Shown here piece by piece: positions 9,219 to 21,700 of a stretch of DNA of 64,000 nt. A program made the translations under genes and the position numbers. The DNA is from a virus, in the IMG/VR virus record IMGVR_UViG_3300024520_000055, positions 1 to 64,000 of that record. One strand, 5' to 3'. Numbering within the stretch: the first letter of the stretch is position 1; each line of letters begins with the position of its first letter. The notes under the pieces were generated by a model that worked only from the letters and a program-made list of their open reading frames with translations, was not told the DNA's origin and did not search any database.

Positions 9219-9652
9219 CAGGAGATCCCGAAGGAGTGAGTCTTACGTCGTTGTCCCGGCTTGCGCGGGAGCGGAGAAGACTCACCCTGGCTGTGAAAGT
9301 ATTCCCTCACTTTTACCATGAACGGGTTGACGATTTCGTGCGGCTCGACCGACCACGGGATGCTCGGTTCGGGGCGGAAATGCTCGTGCACCGCCGTGGC
9401 TTCCAGCAGGTCGACGAAGGCCCTGCGGATGTGGCGCAGAGCTGGGCGGTAGGCCTCGATCGTCGGTTTCCCCGGAGGGGGCACCTTCTCGGGCCACGGC
9501 GCAGCATTGATGCGCGCGGCGAATCCTTCGGCCAGCGTCCTGGCGTCGCCATTTGAGCGGCTGATGATCTTGGTCATGATCTGCGCGGCGACGTTTTTGA
9601 AACTGGCAATGAGCTTGGGGTCTTCGACCCTGTAGAGGTCATCCATGAACAT
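9218..9652 (-). CDS. Hypothetical protein
   Basis: First ORF of the minus-strand run, RBS AAGGAG. Confidence 0.6.
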   Translation of the reverse strand: MFMDDLYRVEDPKLIASFKNVAAQIMTKIISRSNGDARTLAEGFAARINAAPWPEKVPPPGKPTIEAYRPALRHIRRAFVDLLEATAVHEHFRPEPSIPWSVEPHEIVNPFMVKVREYFHSQGESSPLPRKPGQRRKTHSFGIS

Positions 9653-9778
9653 GGCAGTTGTCTCCTTATCTCCCTCGGTCGGTCACGTCTTGCTCCCCTG
9701 AAACCTTGCTTTTCTATATATAGCAAGCTAGATGTAGAAACAAGAGTTCTTTTACGCAGTAAAAACGAGGGAGAGAAC
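9653..9778. promoter_or_regulatory. AT-rich divergent promoter region
   Basis: Intergenic gap between divergent gene runs; contains TTCTATATATAG (9712-9723). Confidence 0.5.
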
Positions 9779-10414
9779 ATGGTCGACAAAGATGGCACTC
9801 AGGCGGGAGCAGAAGAACTGATTCCACAAGCACCGGGGGGTATCCGCGCGCCCCGTCCTCCCGAGAAGCGTCCGCACGCAGCGAAGTCCGAGGAGGAGAG
9901 GAAGCTCGAGGACGAGGCCGCGGAACTCGAGAAGCAGGCCAAGGAACTCGAGAACGATCCGATGAAGCGCTACCAGAAAGCGCTGAAAATGGTGAATCTG
10001 ACCGAGGAGCATGCGGCCGAAATCGTCGACGAGGTGTTGTTCGGGGAGAACGGCTACGTCGAAGAGTTTGTCCTCAAGGGCGCCAAGCGAGAGATCATCG
10101 GGTCATTCCGGACACGGCAAGCGCCCGACAGCGAGCGTCTCTTCGGCGCGTTGGCCAAGGAGAGCCTGTCGCCGAACCAGCGCGACCACATCACGGCCCA
10201 GATCAACCTGGCCGACTCTCTCCATCGCTACGGGGACGAGGAGTTTCCGCACGGGACCGACGACGAGCACAAGCAGAACCTGGAGTGGGTGCGCTCGCTG
10301 CGTGCCCCCGTGTTCACGATGCTTTCGCAAATGCTGGCCCAGTTCGACCAGCGTGTCCTCATTGCGTGCCAGAAGGGCGCCATCGAAAATTTCTTCATTC
10401 CCCGTGGGGACTAG
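9779..10414 (+). CDS. Tail assembly chaperone (G-like)
   Basis: Directly upstream of the tape measure gene and ends in a slippery heptamer. Confidence 0.65.
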   Translation: MVDKDGTQAGAEELIPQAPGGIRAPRPPEKRPHAAKSEEERKLEDEAAELEKQAKELENDPMKRYQKALKMVNLTEEHAAEIVDEVLFGENGYVEEFVLKGAKREIIGSFRTRQAPDSERLFGALAKESLSPNQRDHITAQINLADSLHRYGDEEFPHGTDDEHKQNLEWVRSLRAPVFTMLSQMLAQFDQRVLIACQKGAIENFFIPRGD

Positions 10415-10884
10415 CCCGGGCCAAGCTCTACCTTAGAGGGGTAGAGGTCCCCCCACGGGACAGCTTGAAAGATCGTCTCGCCCGGGAAATGATGGAGCGG
10501 GATGTGGTGCTGGAAGTTCGAAATGCCGAGCTCCAGGGCCTACTTGTCGCTGCCTGGATGTCCAATGCAAAGGAGGATACAAAGAAAGATGTACTCAAGG
10601 ATGTGCGCCAGTCTTTAATCGAGGGACACACGCATGCTATATTCACGGCGGACCATTTGAAGAAGCAGGTCAAGGCGATGCTCAGGGGTACCCAGCAATC
10701 ACTGCACAAGGAACGCACGATACGGATGATTGACACGTTGCCCACCAAGGACGCCGTGCGTTACTACTTCGACGGACTCTCGCCCGAAGAGATCGAGGGA
10801 GAGGGCACTTCGCAGGAAGCACTGATCGCGGCCAAGGCGAGCATCGAAGAGGCCCTTGCAATGCTGGGAGAGCAAAGTGGCTGA
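10387..10884 (+). CDS. -1 frameshift extension of the tail assembly chaperone (GT-like)
   Basis: A AAT TTC heptamer (10387-10393) shifts into the open frame KFLHSPWGLARAK..., which stops at 10884. Confidence 0.65.
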   Translation, partial: KFLHSPWGLARAKLYLRGVEVPPRDSLKDRLAREMMERDVVLEVRNAELQGLLVAAWMSNAKEDTKKDVLKDVRQSLIEGHTHAIFTADHLKKQVKAMLRGTQQSLHKERTIRMIDTLPTKDAVRYYFDGLSPEEIEGEGTSQEALIAAKASIEEALAMLGEQSG

Positions 10885-13800
10885 CGCTGAACTTCTCGGA
10901 GCCATTCGAGATCTGCTCGACGGTTTTGAGCGCATGGGCGAGAAGCTGGGGATGCTCACCCAGCCCGTTTCTGGATTCCAGCCCACACCATTCGGGGCAG
11001 GAGGAATGGCGGCCACACCATTCGATCTTCCGATGATGACAACGGCGCCTCCAATGGCGCCCGTGATGAGCACACCGATAATCATGGACGCACCGCTTAC
11101 GCCCCCCATGCCAACGATGATCAGCACGGCACCGCCGTCCCGGATGTCGGCGGTTTCACCATCCATGTTCCCTGTGATGTCCCCGCTCCCTCCTCCGCCT
11201 ATTTTCATGACGGCACCGACGGTGGGGAGACCCACGCCGATGGCACCCCCGGCGGTTACTCCGAACATTCGGATGGGACGCGCCTTCCCCGATCCGTTCG
11301 AGGCATTCCTGGAGAACCGGCAGGCACAGAACTACAACGACCTCGACTGGGAGCGGCAGAAGGGATCGTTCTGGAGTGGCGAGGCGGGATTCGCCGGGGC
11401 CAACCTGGGCCTCGCGGCGTTGGGGATTACGGGGGGACTCCTGGGCGGCGCGGTCGGCATGGCAGGATACTTCGCAGGGAGCGCAGCCTACGATGCTTAT
11501 CACGAGGCCGAGTATGGTGGAGCGATCAACCTGCGGCAGGAGGCCACCGCAGTCAACCGCCTAATGAAACCTCTCATCACCTCAGGTCCCGAGCTGGGAA
11601 TGTCGGGACGTGGACTGAACGTCGGCGGCGCGACGCGGATGGCTGGGGGCATGGCGGGAATGGCCAAACAGCGGGGCCTTTCCAACGAGGACATGCGCGC
11701 CGTCCTTTCTGCGTCTGTCGACGAGGGCCTGCTGAACGATGTCAACACGTCAGGCATGGCTCTCGACAAACTAGAAAAGGTCATGGGGCTCATGGGGCAG
11801 GTTGCCAAGCTGACGGGCAGTCCCGACTTCCAGCGCAACCTGCAATATATCGGACAGCTCTCCCGAATGGGTGCCGGGGTAGACGAGATCTCTCCCATGC
11901 TGTCGAACATGGCGCCATTTGCCCGCATGGCGGGTGTCGACGTGGGCTCCGCAATGCAGCAGGGCGGCGCGATGGGCGCGATGTCCTTCGCGCAAGCAGG
12001 ATTCGCTCCGACCATGGGAATCCAAACCGGCGTGATGGCCCAGGGCGTTGCGCGTGCCGCAGTTGCTTCGGGGCAAATCAGTCCAGGAGACCTTGCCCGC
12101 ATGGGCGGCGAAGAGGGAGTGGCGGGAGGAGTCCAGGGAGGCATCACGACGTTCTACAACAAGATGCGTGACTACGCTGGCTACTTCGCGATGCGGGGAG
12201 AGGGCGGCAACTTCGAACTCGACAAGACCAAGGTCGCCCGCTTCCTGAGCGACAACACCTCAATCGAAGAGGTGCGCCAGCAGAGCTTGCAGTTCGTTGC
12301 CAACATGTCCCGAGCGGAGCGTGAGCAATTCGCCCGGAGCCGGGAAGGTCTGATGACCGGGCTGCAAGAGACGATGGGTGCCGAGAACGCGTTGGCGGGA
12401 GTGTGGGCCTTTTCCAGAAAGATGGGGCGCCAGTACGAAACCCCGCTCATGTCTTCAGAGTCCGTCCTGCTCGGAGAGGGTTTCGGTGCGCTCGAAGCCA
12501 AGGCGCTCGATGCTGCATTCAGCAACACGGGAGTCCAAGGCGCGATGCTCCAACAGCGGCGTGCGGGGCAGATGCGAACCCAGGCAAGCGCCATTGTCGA
12601 TCGACAGTCGCAGATGCTGGGGTCCACATTCACAGAACGCCTGGGGCGCCAGTGGGATCGCATGGACATGACCGCCTGGGCGTCATTCCAGTTCGGACAG
12701 ACGGAGTTCGAGACGCTCTCCGAGCTACAAGGGAAGGACATCCAAGCAGAGCTGGCTGCCGTCGGAATGGGGGGTACAGCTGTCAACACGCTGCTGACTG
12801 GTAGCATGGATGAAATGACCAGGAGCGCCATCACGCAAATCTCGGAGGGTGGAGAGGATCTCATCCCGCGGAGCAGGAGGGGCGCGCTAAGACGGATGGA
12901 TGCGGTAAGCGGGATGCAGGGCATGGGAAGAGTAGGCGCAACGCGCGCAGCCCTCGGAGGCGGCATCCAGGACGTGCCCGCGCGCAACGCTTTTATTCGG
13001 GCCACGGGAGGCGAAACAGGCGTATTCACGAACACCGCCATGGAACAGATGCTGGGCGGGGATTACCAACCATTCGTTGGAGAAGAAGAGATCGCCGGGG
13101 CCACGGGACGGATTAGAAGGGGAGTCACTGCGGGAACGTCTCTGGAAGCAATGCGAGACGAGGCGCGTGCGTTTGCTGGTTTTGGGCAGTGGATGGAGGG
13201 GAAGACGGACTCGGGACAGAGCCGCCTGAGCCTGATGACTGGCCAGTACAACATGATGCTCCGCGGCATCAAGGGCAACGACTACACCGGGGCACCGGAG
13301 AAACTGGAGAGAGGCCTGAAACGCGTTCTGATGGACGAAGGCTACACGGACACAGAGGCCACACGGGGGGCCCGCGCGTTCATCGGCACCAAGATGCAAG
13401 AAGAAGCGGGCTCCGGCGCGACCAGGCAGCTCCAGGCCCTGATGCGTGGGGGCGTTACCTTGGATGAGCCGGGGACACCGCACAGTCTTTCTGAGGCCCA
13501 GCGCATGGCTTCGGAAAAGACGACCGAGCTTCACAAGGCCCTTGGCGTCGAAACGACAGAAGATATCGCATCGATCAACGAGATCGTGCGCAAGAGTGGC
13601 AAGGCGGGCATTCAGTATATGTCCCTCCTCGCCGCCAAGGACTATATGAACAAGGAGGGGGCGGATACCAAGGCCGCCGCGGACACGAGCACCTACATCG
13701 AAGATGAAATGCTTGCGATGAGGGAAAAGCTCTCGCCAGGACAACGGGCCACAATCGAGAAGGCTGTAGCCCGGGGTGTCGGGGGGCGCCTCTTCGAGGG

Positions 13801-14737
13801 AGAGGGGCAGTTCCGCCAGGCGACTGACTCGACCGACACTCTTAACTGGCAACAGTTCCGACAGACCCTTGGGAAAGCCGGGGGGCTCGCAGGCGAAGCT
13901 GCGCCCATGATGCAGCGGCTCCAAGCCATGCAGCTCGAATCCACTCTGGAAGAGTACTACGATGTGGACGTCCAAGAGCTTTCGGGACTATTGACCGGCC
14001 GCGTCGGAGGAGCTGGTGACGAACGGCTGAAGCGTCTCAGGGAAATGCGCGAGACCATGCGCCGCGCCACCCCCGCGGGGGCCAACCAGCGTATGGTGTT
14101 GCAGCGTTTCGACGAGATCGTCGAGATGATGCCCAAGCTCCCGTCGGGCGAACTTGCCAGCTTCCGCACCTCGGAGAAACTCCTCACCTCTGGACAAGTC
14201 ACGCGCGAGTCGCTGAAGTCCCTGGATCCGGACACGCGAGCGAAGGTAGAGGGCGCGCTGGGAGTCGAAGGGGGACTCAACACCGAGGCACGGAAGACAC
14301 TCCAGCGACAGCTGGGAACCGACTACGAGAAGACAATGAGGCAGCTGGCCGTGCGCGACCAAGCTGGTGAGCTCACAGGTAAAGAAGGTGTTTCGGCGTG
14401 GCAACTCTCGCAACAGCTGGAGGGGGGCAAGACTTCCGAAATGGTGTTGGGAGCAATGGCCAGCGGCCTCCAGGCAGGCGGACTACAGCTCCTGGGAGGC
14501 GGCAAGAATATCGGCACCGCAACCAAGGAGGAACTCGATGCCGCAATGGCGCAGGGGGGCGGAGGCGCGGGGGGCATGGCAGCAGCGGGAGGAGGTGCGT
14601 CAGCCACGGCCCTGACGCATGCTGCTGCACAGCTCAACATTGCAGCGAACAACCTGCGCAAGGCAACGGGAGGAATGGGGCGCAGTCGTCCTCCTCGCCG
14701 CGGGATGGGAACTCTTCCAGGTGGGAGGGGATGGTAA
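10877..14737 (+). CDS. Tape measure protein
   Basis: About 1290 aa, rich in Ala/Gly/Met and helical, after the frameshifted chaperone. GTG start at 10877 inferred. Confidence 0.75.
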   Translation: MADAELLGAIRDLLDGFERMGEKLGMLTQPVSGFQPTPFGAGGMAATPFDLPMMTTAPPMAPVMSTPIIMDAPLTPPMPTMISTAPPSRMSAVSPSMFPVMSPLPPPPIFMTAPTVGRPTPMAPPAVTPNIRMGRAFPDPFEAFLENRQAQNYNDLDWERQKGSFWSGEAGFAGANLGLAALGITGGLLGGAVGMAGYFAGSAAYDAYHEAEYGGAINLRQEATAVNRLMKPLITSGPELGMSGRGLNVGGATRMAGGMAGMAKQRGLSNEDMRAVLSASVDEGLLNDVNTSGMALDKLEKVMGLMGQVAKLTGSPDFQRNLQYIGQLSRMGAGVDEISPMLSNMAPFARMAGVDVGSAMQQGGAMGAMSFAQAGFAPTMGIQTGVMAQGVARAAVASGQISPGDLARMGGEEGVAGGVQGGITTFYNKMRDYAGYFAMRGEGGNFELDKTKVARFLSDNTSIEEVRQQSLQFVANMSRAEREQFARSREGLMTGLQETMGAENALAGVWAFSRKMGRQYETPLMSSESVLLGEGFGALEAKALDAAFSNTGVQGAMLQQRRAGQMRTQASAIVDRQSQMLGSTFTERLGRQWDRMDMTAWASFQFGQTEFETLSELQGKDIQAELAAVGMGGTAVNTLLTGSMDEMTRSAITQISEGGEDLIPRSRRGALRRMDAVSGMQGMGRVGATRAALGGGIQDVPARNAFIRATGGETGVFTNTAMEQMLGGDYQPFVGEEEIAGATGRIRRGVTAGTSLEAMRDEARAFAGFGQWMEGKTDSGQSRLSLMTGQYNMMLRGIKGNDYTGAPEKLERGLKRVLMDEGYTDTEATRGARAFIGTKMQEEAGSGATRQLQALMRGGVTLDEPGTPHSLSEAQRMASEKTTELHKALGVETTEDIASINEIVRKSGKAGIQYMSLLAAKDYMNKEGADTKAAADTSTYIEDEMLAMREKLSPGQRATIEKAVARGVGGRLFEGEGQFRQATDSTDTLNWQQFRQTLGKAGGLAGEAAPMMQRLQAMQLESTLEEYYDVDVQELSGLLTGRVGGAGDERLKRLREMRETMRRATPAGANQRMVLQRFDEIVEMMPKLPSGELASFRTSEKLLTSGQVTRESLKSLDPDTRAKVEGALGVEGGLNTEARKTLQRQLGTDYEKTMRQLAVRDQAGELTGKEGVSAWQLSQQLEGGKTSEMVLGAMASGLQAGGLQLLGGGKNIGTATKEELDAAMAQGGGGAGGMAAAGGGASATALTHAAAQLNIAANNLRKATGGMGRSRPPRRGMGTLPGGRGW

Positions 14738-14968
14738 ATGGCACGTGTAAAACTCACGCTCGAGTCGGGCGAGGTTGTCCTGGCAGACGAGGTCATTCTG
14801 CGGGCACGCCCGGTGGACTACCTCAACATCGTCGGGCAGAAGATCGCAACGGCGTTCAGGCGTAATGAGCCCTACGCCGTCGAAGTGCTCACCTTGCGCG
14901 AACGAGCAGACCTTGCGTTCAGCGAGAGCGGGTCAGTGAAGGTGAGGTTCTACGATGGCAGTGCCTGA
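14738..14968 (+). CDS. Hypothetical virion-associated protein
   Basis: 76-aa ORF coupled to the tape measure gene. Confidence 0.55.
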   Translation: MARVKLTLESGEVVLADEVILRARPVDYLNIVGQKIATAFRRNEPYAVEVLTLRERADLAFSESGSVKVRFYDGSA

Positions 14969-15773
14969 GGTCCTGACGCCGCAGTCCTTTGAGGACATGA
15001 TCACGGAGCAGAAGCTAGGCCTCCAGGAGGGAGACTACGCTGGCGCGCTTCAGGGCCGCTGGGGAATCGCCACGCCGTTCCACAAGCGGAACATCGGCTT
15101 CACGGATCTGTCCAGCAAGGACCTGGTCACGATGGCCAGATTCTACATCGACTTCCCGAGCATGACGCGCGCCCAGATCGAGGCGTTGCCGGTCAGTGAT
15201 GTCACCAAGAAGTTCTTGCCGGGCTTCGCCGGAGGCCAGCCCTACGTCCTGATGTTCGTCAACGAGCTGTCCTACCAGCGTCCCGAAAAGCTCCAGCCAC
15301 AACCAGTACACGAAGACTACGCGGTCTTCAACACCACGGGTGAGGCGCTGAAACCGCTTTCCATTATGGGCACGCTCTACAACACGCCGACTGACCCGTG
15401 GGCACGCTACATGGACGCGCTCTGGCAGGATTTGTATAGGGCCAGCAAGCTGGCACGCCACAAGGCCCGGCTCCGCCTTCACTTGTTCGACAAGGTCTAC
15501 TACGTGATGCCTGGTTCCATCGGATTCGCGTTTCGCTCCAACGCGCAGGACATTGCCTCGGTGCAGATCCAGGGCTTTGCATGGAAGGTGCTCAGTGTTG
15601 CCCCGGTTCTCCAAACACGAGCGGCAGCGCTGACACCCGCGATTCCGACACGACCGGTGCTAAATGATCTTGCAGATTCCGCACGGTCCGCGGACGCCGA
15701 CATTCTGTTCAACGTGGGAGAAACAACTCAACTCCAGCACCGCGTCCTCTCCGCAGTTAGCACAAGGGAATAA
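14955..15773 (+). CDS. Putative tail/baseplate protein
   Basis: 272 aa; position after the tape measure gene. Confidence 0.5.
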   Translation: MAVPEVLTPQSFEDMITEQKLGLQEGDYAGALQGRWGIATPFHKRNIGFTDLSSKDLVTMARFYIDFPSMTRAQIEALPVSDVTKKFLPGFAGGQPYVLMFVNELSYQRPEKLQPQPVHEDYAVFNTTGEALKPLSIMGTLYNTPTDPWARYMDALWQDLYRASKLARHKARLRLHLFDKVYYVMPGSIGFAFRSNAQDIASVQIQGFAWKVLSVAPVLQTRAAALTPAIPTRPVLNDLADSARSADADILFNVGETTQLQHRVLSAVSTRE

Positions 15774-15776
15774 GCC

Positions 15777-18700
15777 ATGCCGGTAAAGATCGACGGCGCG
15801 TTTTACGACATCGACAGTGCCTCGGGGGATGTCCTGAACCAACTGAAGGCTGCCCTCCGTTTGGACGACATTACCTACCACGGGTTCACCAAGCAATCAG
15901 GGGCGCGCGTCGGAAGAGACCCCAGGGCCTACGATGATTACCAGCAACCGCCGTACTCACGGATCGTGTCCAATCCTGAGCATCTTTACTACGACGCCAC
16001 GGGGCTCCTGTGGACAGAAGAGGGTGACGTCCCAGTACCGTACGATCCCCACAACTACGACGACATCCCCCACGGGATCGGTCCCGATCCCGCGCTCAAC
16101 CGCCACGGGTGGGTCTACAACTTCAGTTGCCGCGCCGACTACATCGACGTCTCCAACGACGCAGGGCGTCTGCGCTTCGAACGAGAAGCGGCAGCGCCGA
16201 CGACTCTCGACATCAGGGGGTACTTCTGGAGCAAACGCTGGTTGCGCGCGGACAGAGGTTTCGATCTGACCTGGCAATTCCGAGAACTCCCGGACAGCGT
16301 GGAGGAGTTCCAACAGCTGCCCCTCCTCGGCAGCGCAGAAGGATTCGCAGCTGTGCTCATCACGAAGGAATCCGGTTCTTCCAACATTCTCGCTCTCTCC
16401 GATACGGGGGTCATCGGAGGCCCAGCGGCCATTCCCGACGCGACCTCCGAAATCGACGTACACTTCTCGTGGGATCCACAGACCGCCACCGCGACCCTCT
16501 CCTACACGATCGGCGGAGTACATACACAACTGGCAACCCGGACGTTCACAGCGGAGCTGCCCCTCCGCTTTGTCAATCTTGTTTTCAGCGACTTCCCCAA
16601 CTACGATGCAGGGATTCCCGGAAACCTGGTTGCCAATTTCGGCCTGAACGAGCCTGTCTACCATCCCGAGAGGAATGACGCTTCCGGCAGATACGCACCC
16701 GGGCTTGAGGGCGTGGGGGCAGTCGAGCGCAGCGCCGGACCTTATGCAGGAATTTTCGCAGGATGGTGGCGTCCTCTTTTCATCACAACAACAGGCTGGG
16801 AGGATCTGTCCTCCGTTTCACCCCTCCTGACGCCCCCGGCGGGTGTGACAGAAAACGCGCTGGTGGACGTAGAGGCAGATATCCAAGTGGGGGCCGGGGT
16901 CTACGCCGACTCAGGGGGGCGCCGCGTCCTGACCTGGAGCATCATCGACGACCGCAGCCGGATGGAGTGGCAAGAGGATATCGTTCCTGGGCTTTCCAAG
17001 TACCGCTGTGGCCTGCGCACCTACAGCATTCCACTCCCCACAGGCCTGGATGAGGACGACATTTTCATGGGGGACCCCGCCGTCATCAACGGAGCTGTCT
17101 GTCTCGTGTTCGGAGTGAAGTACGCGTCCGGAGATGGACAAGAAGGAATCTACATTCTCGACTTCCATGCCGATGCACTGCTTCACATCACCAAGGACAA
17201 CGCGTACTACGAGATGACGGGACTTGGCAGCGGGATGTTGCATGGATTTTTTACAGCGATTTCGTCGCAGCACCTGGGCGATGAGTTCCGGGCTCCCGCT
17301 CTGGTACGCGATCATACTCCTGCGAATAACAAGCCTGCTGCCGTGCACAATGCCGTCCCGACGGCGGATCTCTCGGATTTCGGAGACGCGTTCCTTTTGG
17401 GGCGGAGGGAATTCCTCTCCGCAAGCCAAGCAGCGGTCGCGCCACATCAATGTTTCGCATTCAAGGTTGCCTATGCCGATATGGGGACTCTCCTGATCAC
17501 CGGATATGAGGATGTCCAGGTCTTCGCGCCTCCCATAGGGCTCCAAAGCGACGCACGTCGATGGAACTTTTCTGGGTTTCTTGCTGGCCCCATACAGGAC
17601 AACGCGTACTCGGAGGGACAGGGACCGACGCCGAACAAGAACAACCTGACCGGGATCGGAATGGCTCCGCTGGGAGTTCCTTCTCTGTGGTATCCGACGG
17701 CCCGTTTTGGGGGAAGCCCAACACAAAACGGCTACCCGAGGATGACACCGTTCCACCAGATTCCAGGGTGGTTTTTCCTCACGCAGGGCAACATGTCGGG
17801 CAACCTGTTCAAGTATCTTTCGGCACAAGGGTATGCCCGCTACACCAATATTCCCACGGGAATGGGACTGGACGAGTTTCTGGAGCAACAAAAGAATGCT
17901 CTCGGAGCGGCCAACGTGGGCGATGCTCCGGCAACTCTGGGCCTCGGACTTTCAAAAACTATCGGAAGATATCTTGCCCAAGGGCGTGTGCCGGTACTGA
18001 CAGATGCGGTTCAGCAGTACGACACCGTGCTCGTAGGTCCCGAGACCGACGGTGACATCATCGCGTTGGATACATTCAATGCTGCTTCTGCGCTGTTCGA
18101 CCCAGAGATCTCGGTGGGGCAGGTGGTCGAGGTCACAGCCGCAGGCGACGCGCTCAACATAAAGGAAGTCACCATTACCGAGGTGTTGGACACTTACACC
18201 GTGAAGGTCACACCAGACTTCAATAGCACCGAATCGGGGGTGACCTGGAACCACCTCAGCAGCCCGTTCGAGCTCACGCTTGAGGGGACAGGGGACGAGG
18301 GAAACGAGATCGAAGCGGCAGACGTGCGCAAGCACCTCGGAGTCATTGCTGTCGTCGTTTGCTCCTCCATCCGTAATTTTTACCGAGTAAAGAACGCCTA
18401 TCCGCATCCGACCGCGGATGACCAGATTGTCATTGCCCTCGCCCCCCTCCTCCTGGATGGTGAGAGCGCGAGCTCATTTGCGTTGCCGAGAAACGACGCG
18501 GCATACTTGTCGTTCATGCCCATGCCGTGGAATGTGGACATCGACGGCCTTGCGGTGCAGGCGGTCCCCGTTGCGTTCCAGCGGGCCACTGACCTGACGG
18601 ATCCCGAGACCATTCGGTACTGGATCCTCCTCCGCTCTGTGGACGGATCGGTAGCGGAACTGCGGCGGTACCAGTTCAACTACGACTACGATGCCCAAAA

Positions 18701-21700
18701 GCTCAAGGCCATCTTCGACCGACGCTTCATCCAGACCGCCGCTGACCAAGCCTGGGTTGGTGACGAGGACTTCCTGTCACGCTCCGCGACACAGGACTTC
18801 TTCATGCTAGGTAGCGAGAACCTCACCGAAGCATCGGCAACGCTGTATGGAGCAATCACGGGGCGTGAGGTCGAAGTTACTAGCGGTTCCGAGGAGAAGG
18901 ACCGGCCGTACTACTTCCTCAAGGGAACGTGTTGGAATTGGCGCGACACCATCGGGCTCACGTGGACCATGCGCTTGACCACAGCGTCACCAACAACGGA
19001 TGGGACAGTCATTCCCTCTCCTCCCAGCGCGGACAACACGACTGTCCTCCCGTTGGGAGCAGGGACGGAAATCCGCCTTGGAGCCCAGCCCCAGGACAAC
19101 ATGAAGGGCCCTGTTGCTCACGTTTCGCTGCTCCAACAGACAGCGCCCTACACCATGCCGCGGCAAGGGGAAACGGGGGACAGTGCTGCGGGGTTCATGC
19201 CGGGGTTGGAGGGAGAAGGGGAGTGGGTGGACGCCACCACCTTCCGCGCCATTGACGATGAGAGCGGACCCCCGGTCTTCTCCTCTTTCCTGGAGGACAC
19301 CGATCCCAGCGTGGCCGAGAGACTCCTGGTGGTCTACGACCAGACGGACTCCCGCAAGCGCCTCCTGCTGCGGGTCGAAGAGATCCTTGACGGTAACACG
19401 GCGACGGTTTCGACTGACCTCAACGAGGCGTTCAAGTCCTTCGCTGACCTCCTCACCTGGACGTCAGACATCCCCGTGTCCGAGCGGGTCGAAGGGACAC
19501 GGTTCTCCTGGTTCTTCTTCATCTGGCGTGGTGCGGTGTCGGGAGGCAAGCTGACCTTCCCGAACGTGTTCCAGGCAACGCGCAAGCCCTTCGGGGGAAG
19601 ACTCGCATTCGCCGACGCTCACGTAGGAGACTTCATTGAGGTCGCGCTGGTCATGAACCCGGCCCACTTCTTCCCCGACAAGATCCCGGACACGGGATAC
19701 ACGACTGCCTACTGGGCGTCCGGCGACGACACAGTCTACCTTCGCGAGGACTTGGGGGAAGTGTTCACGAGGGGGATGCTCGGACACGCGCTCTACTTGG
19801 GAGGTACGGAGGACGAGGTCTACTCCATCGTGGACCTGATCGAGGAGCTCGACGACGGCACGTTCCGTGGTGCCGTGTTGGAAGAGGGTGGAGGCGCGGC
19901 CTCGTTCACAGACGATCAGACAGCACAGGTAGCCCGATTCGATTCGAACGTGGTTGAGAACGGAGTGAAAGGAAAAATCGACGCAACGGCGACGCCGGAC
20001 GAGTTCCTCATTGAGCCCTACACCAGTGGCGCGGAGATAGCGGGGACAGAGGACGTCACCTACGGAACTTACTGGGCGTTCGCTGCTGCCGAGGCCACAG
20101 AAATCACGGGGATCGCTGCGGGCATGAAAGTCTTGCTGGCGGTTTCGGGATGGTTCCTGGTTGAAGAGATTGAATTTGACACCACGACAGGAGAGCCCCT
20201 TGGGTTGCACCTGGTCGAGATCGACACTGGCGCTGCGTGGACCGGAGGAGGCCCGCAAGGCTGGACGGTCTACGAAGTCGCCGAGATGCGCAACTATTTT
20301 TCCAAGTTGATCGCAGAGGCATCCGGCGTGATTACCGTGCTGGACAGGGCAGCGCACGGGACTGACAACGACGGAGAACACACCATTGACGACATCGCAG
20401 CGGGCACCGAAATCCTTGCCCCCGCGTACCCCACGCATCGGCCCGAAGCGTATGCCGGGGTTGAACTCGATACAGCCACGCGCGTAGACCAGTCCGATCT
20501 GTCGTGGAAAATGAAGGGCCTCTACCAGCGCTGGGAAATCGCTGCGGTCCTGTCAGAAACTTCGGTCGAACTGGATGTTCCGACGCAGGCCGACTTCGAC
20601 ACGCTGGCGGCGTTTTCATTCAATGGTAGGTATGCGTGGAAGCATGTCACCAAGCGTCTCCAGTGCCCCGGGGCCAACTTCGTCGCACTGGACGCCGACC
20701 AGAAGAAGCTGACGCTCGACAAGAGCGGAGATCCCAACCTCGACGGCTTCGAGTTCGACATCGAAGAAGTTGAGTCAGCCACACAGGTAAAGGTCGACCA
20801 CTACTTCGACGCGCCGCTGTTGAACAGCGGAGCAATGCGTTGGGGGGTGGGGGACGTCCCCTACGCCACGGTCGCGTATCTTCCGGCGTCCACGACGATC
20901 ACCACGGCCATCAATGGTGGCGTTGGGGGAGTCTACGTTCTCTTCCCGCGCGGGGGCACGCTGCCAACGCTCTTGGCGGGCAAGTACCTCTATTTGAACT
21001 TCCCCTACCTGGATGCAGAAAGCGTCTATGACGAGGGCCTCTTCGGAGACTATTCCGACGCGTACCTCACGCTCTCTCCGGCGTTGAACAGCATCGCAGT
21101 CGAAGTGACGACACGCGGGAACGACGGGACCTACGGTGACTGGGCTCTCCTTGATCTCGATACGGATTCACCCCTCCTCGAACCACTGAACGATGCGGCC
21201 GAGGCGCAAGTCTACGCGTGGCCGGTCAACGCGGGTTACACCCAGGCCGAGTATGTCCCCGCGCTCTACACGGGCGAAGCGAAGCACGTCTACGCTGACA
21301 CGTTGGCCGCCAACTGGTTCATTTTCCAGAACCCGGCCTACATGCGTGCCGCGGGTCTTGGGACCCCCGACATGTGTCCCCTGTGCTACATGGAGCTCTC
21401 CACCACCAGGGAGAACGAGCAGACTAAGGTCACTGTGACGCGGCACGTGGTCGGCAAGGAACGCACCGAGGAAGAGGGCTTCTACGACGGAGGTGTGGCC
21501 GAGGCATTCACACAGGTTCTGGACGCACTGCCCCGCTACGAGTCTCCGGCGGCGCCCGGGGCGACCTTCGGCCACCGCGGAGACAAGTTCCCTGTGAGCG
21601 AGGGCTACTTCCTCCGCGTCTCATTCGCACTGATCACGTTTTCCACCACCTCGCAGCATCGGGCCGAGGAACAACTGGAGGATTTGGTTGGGGTTCCTGA

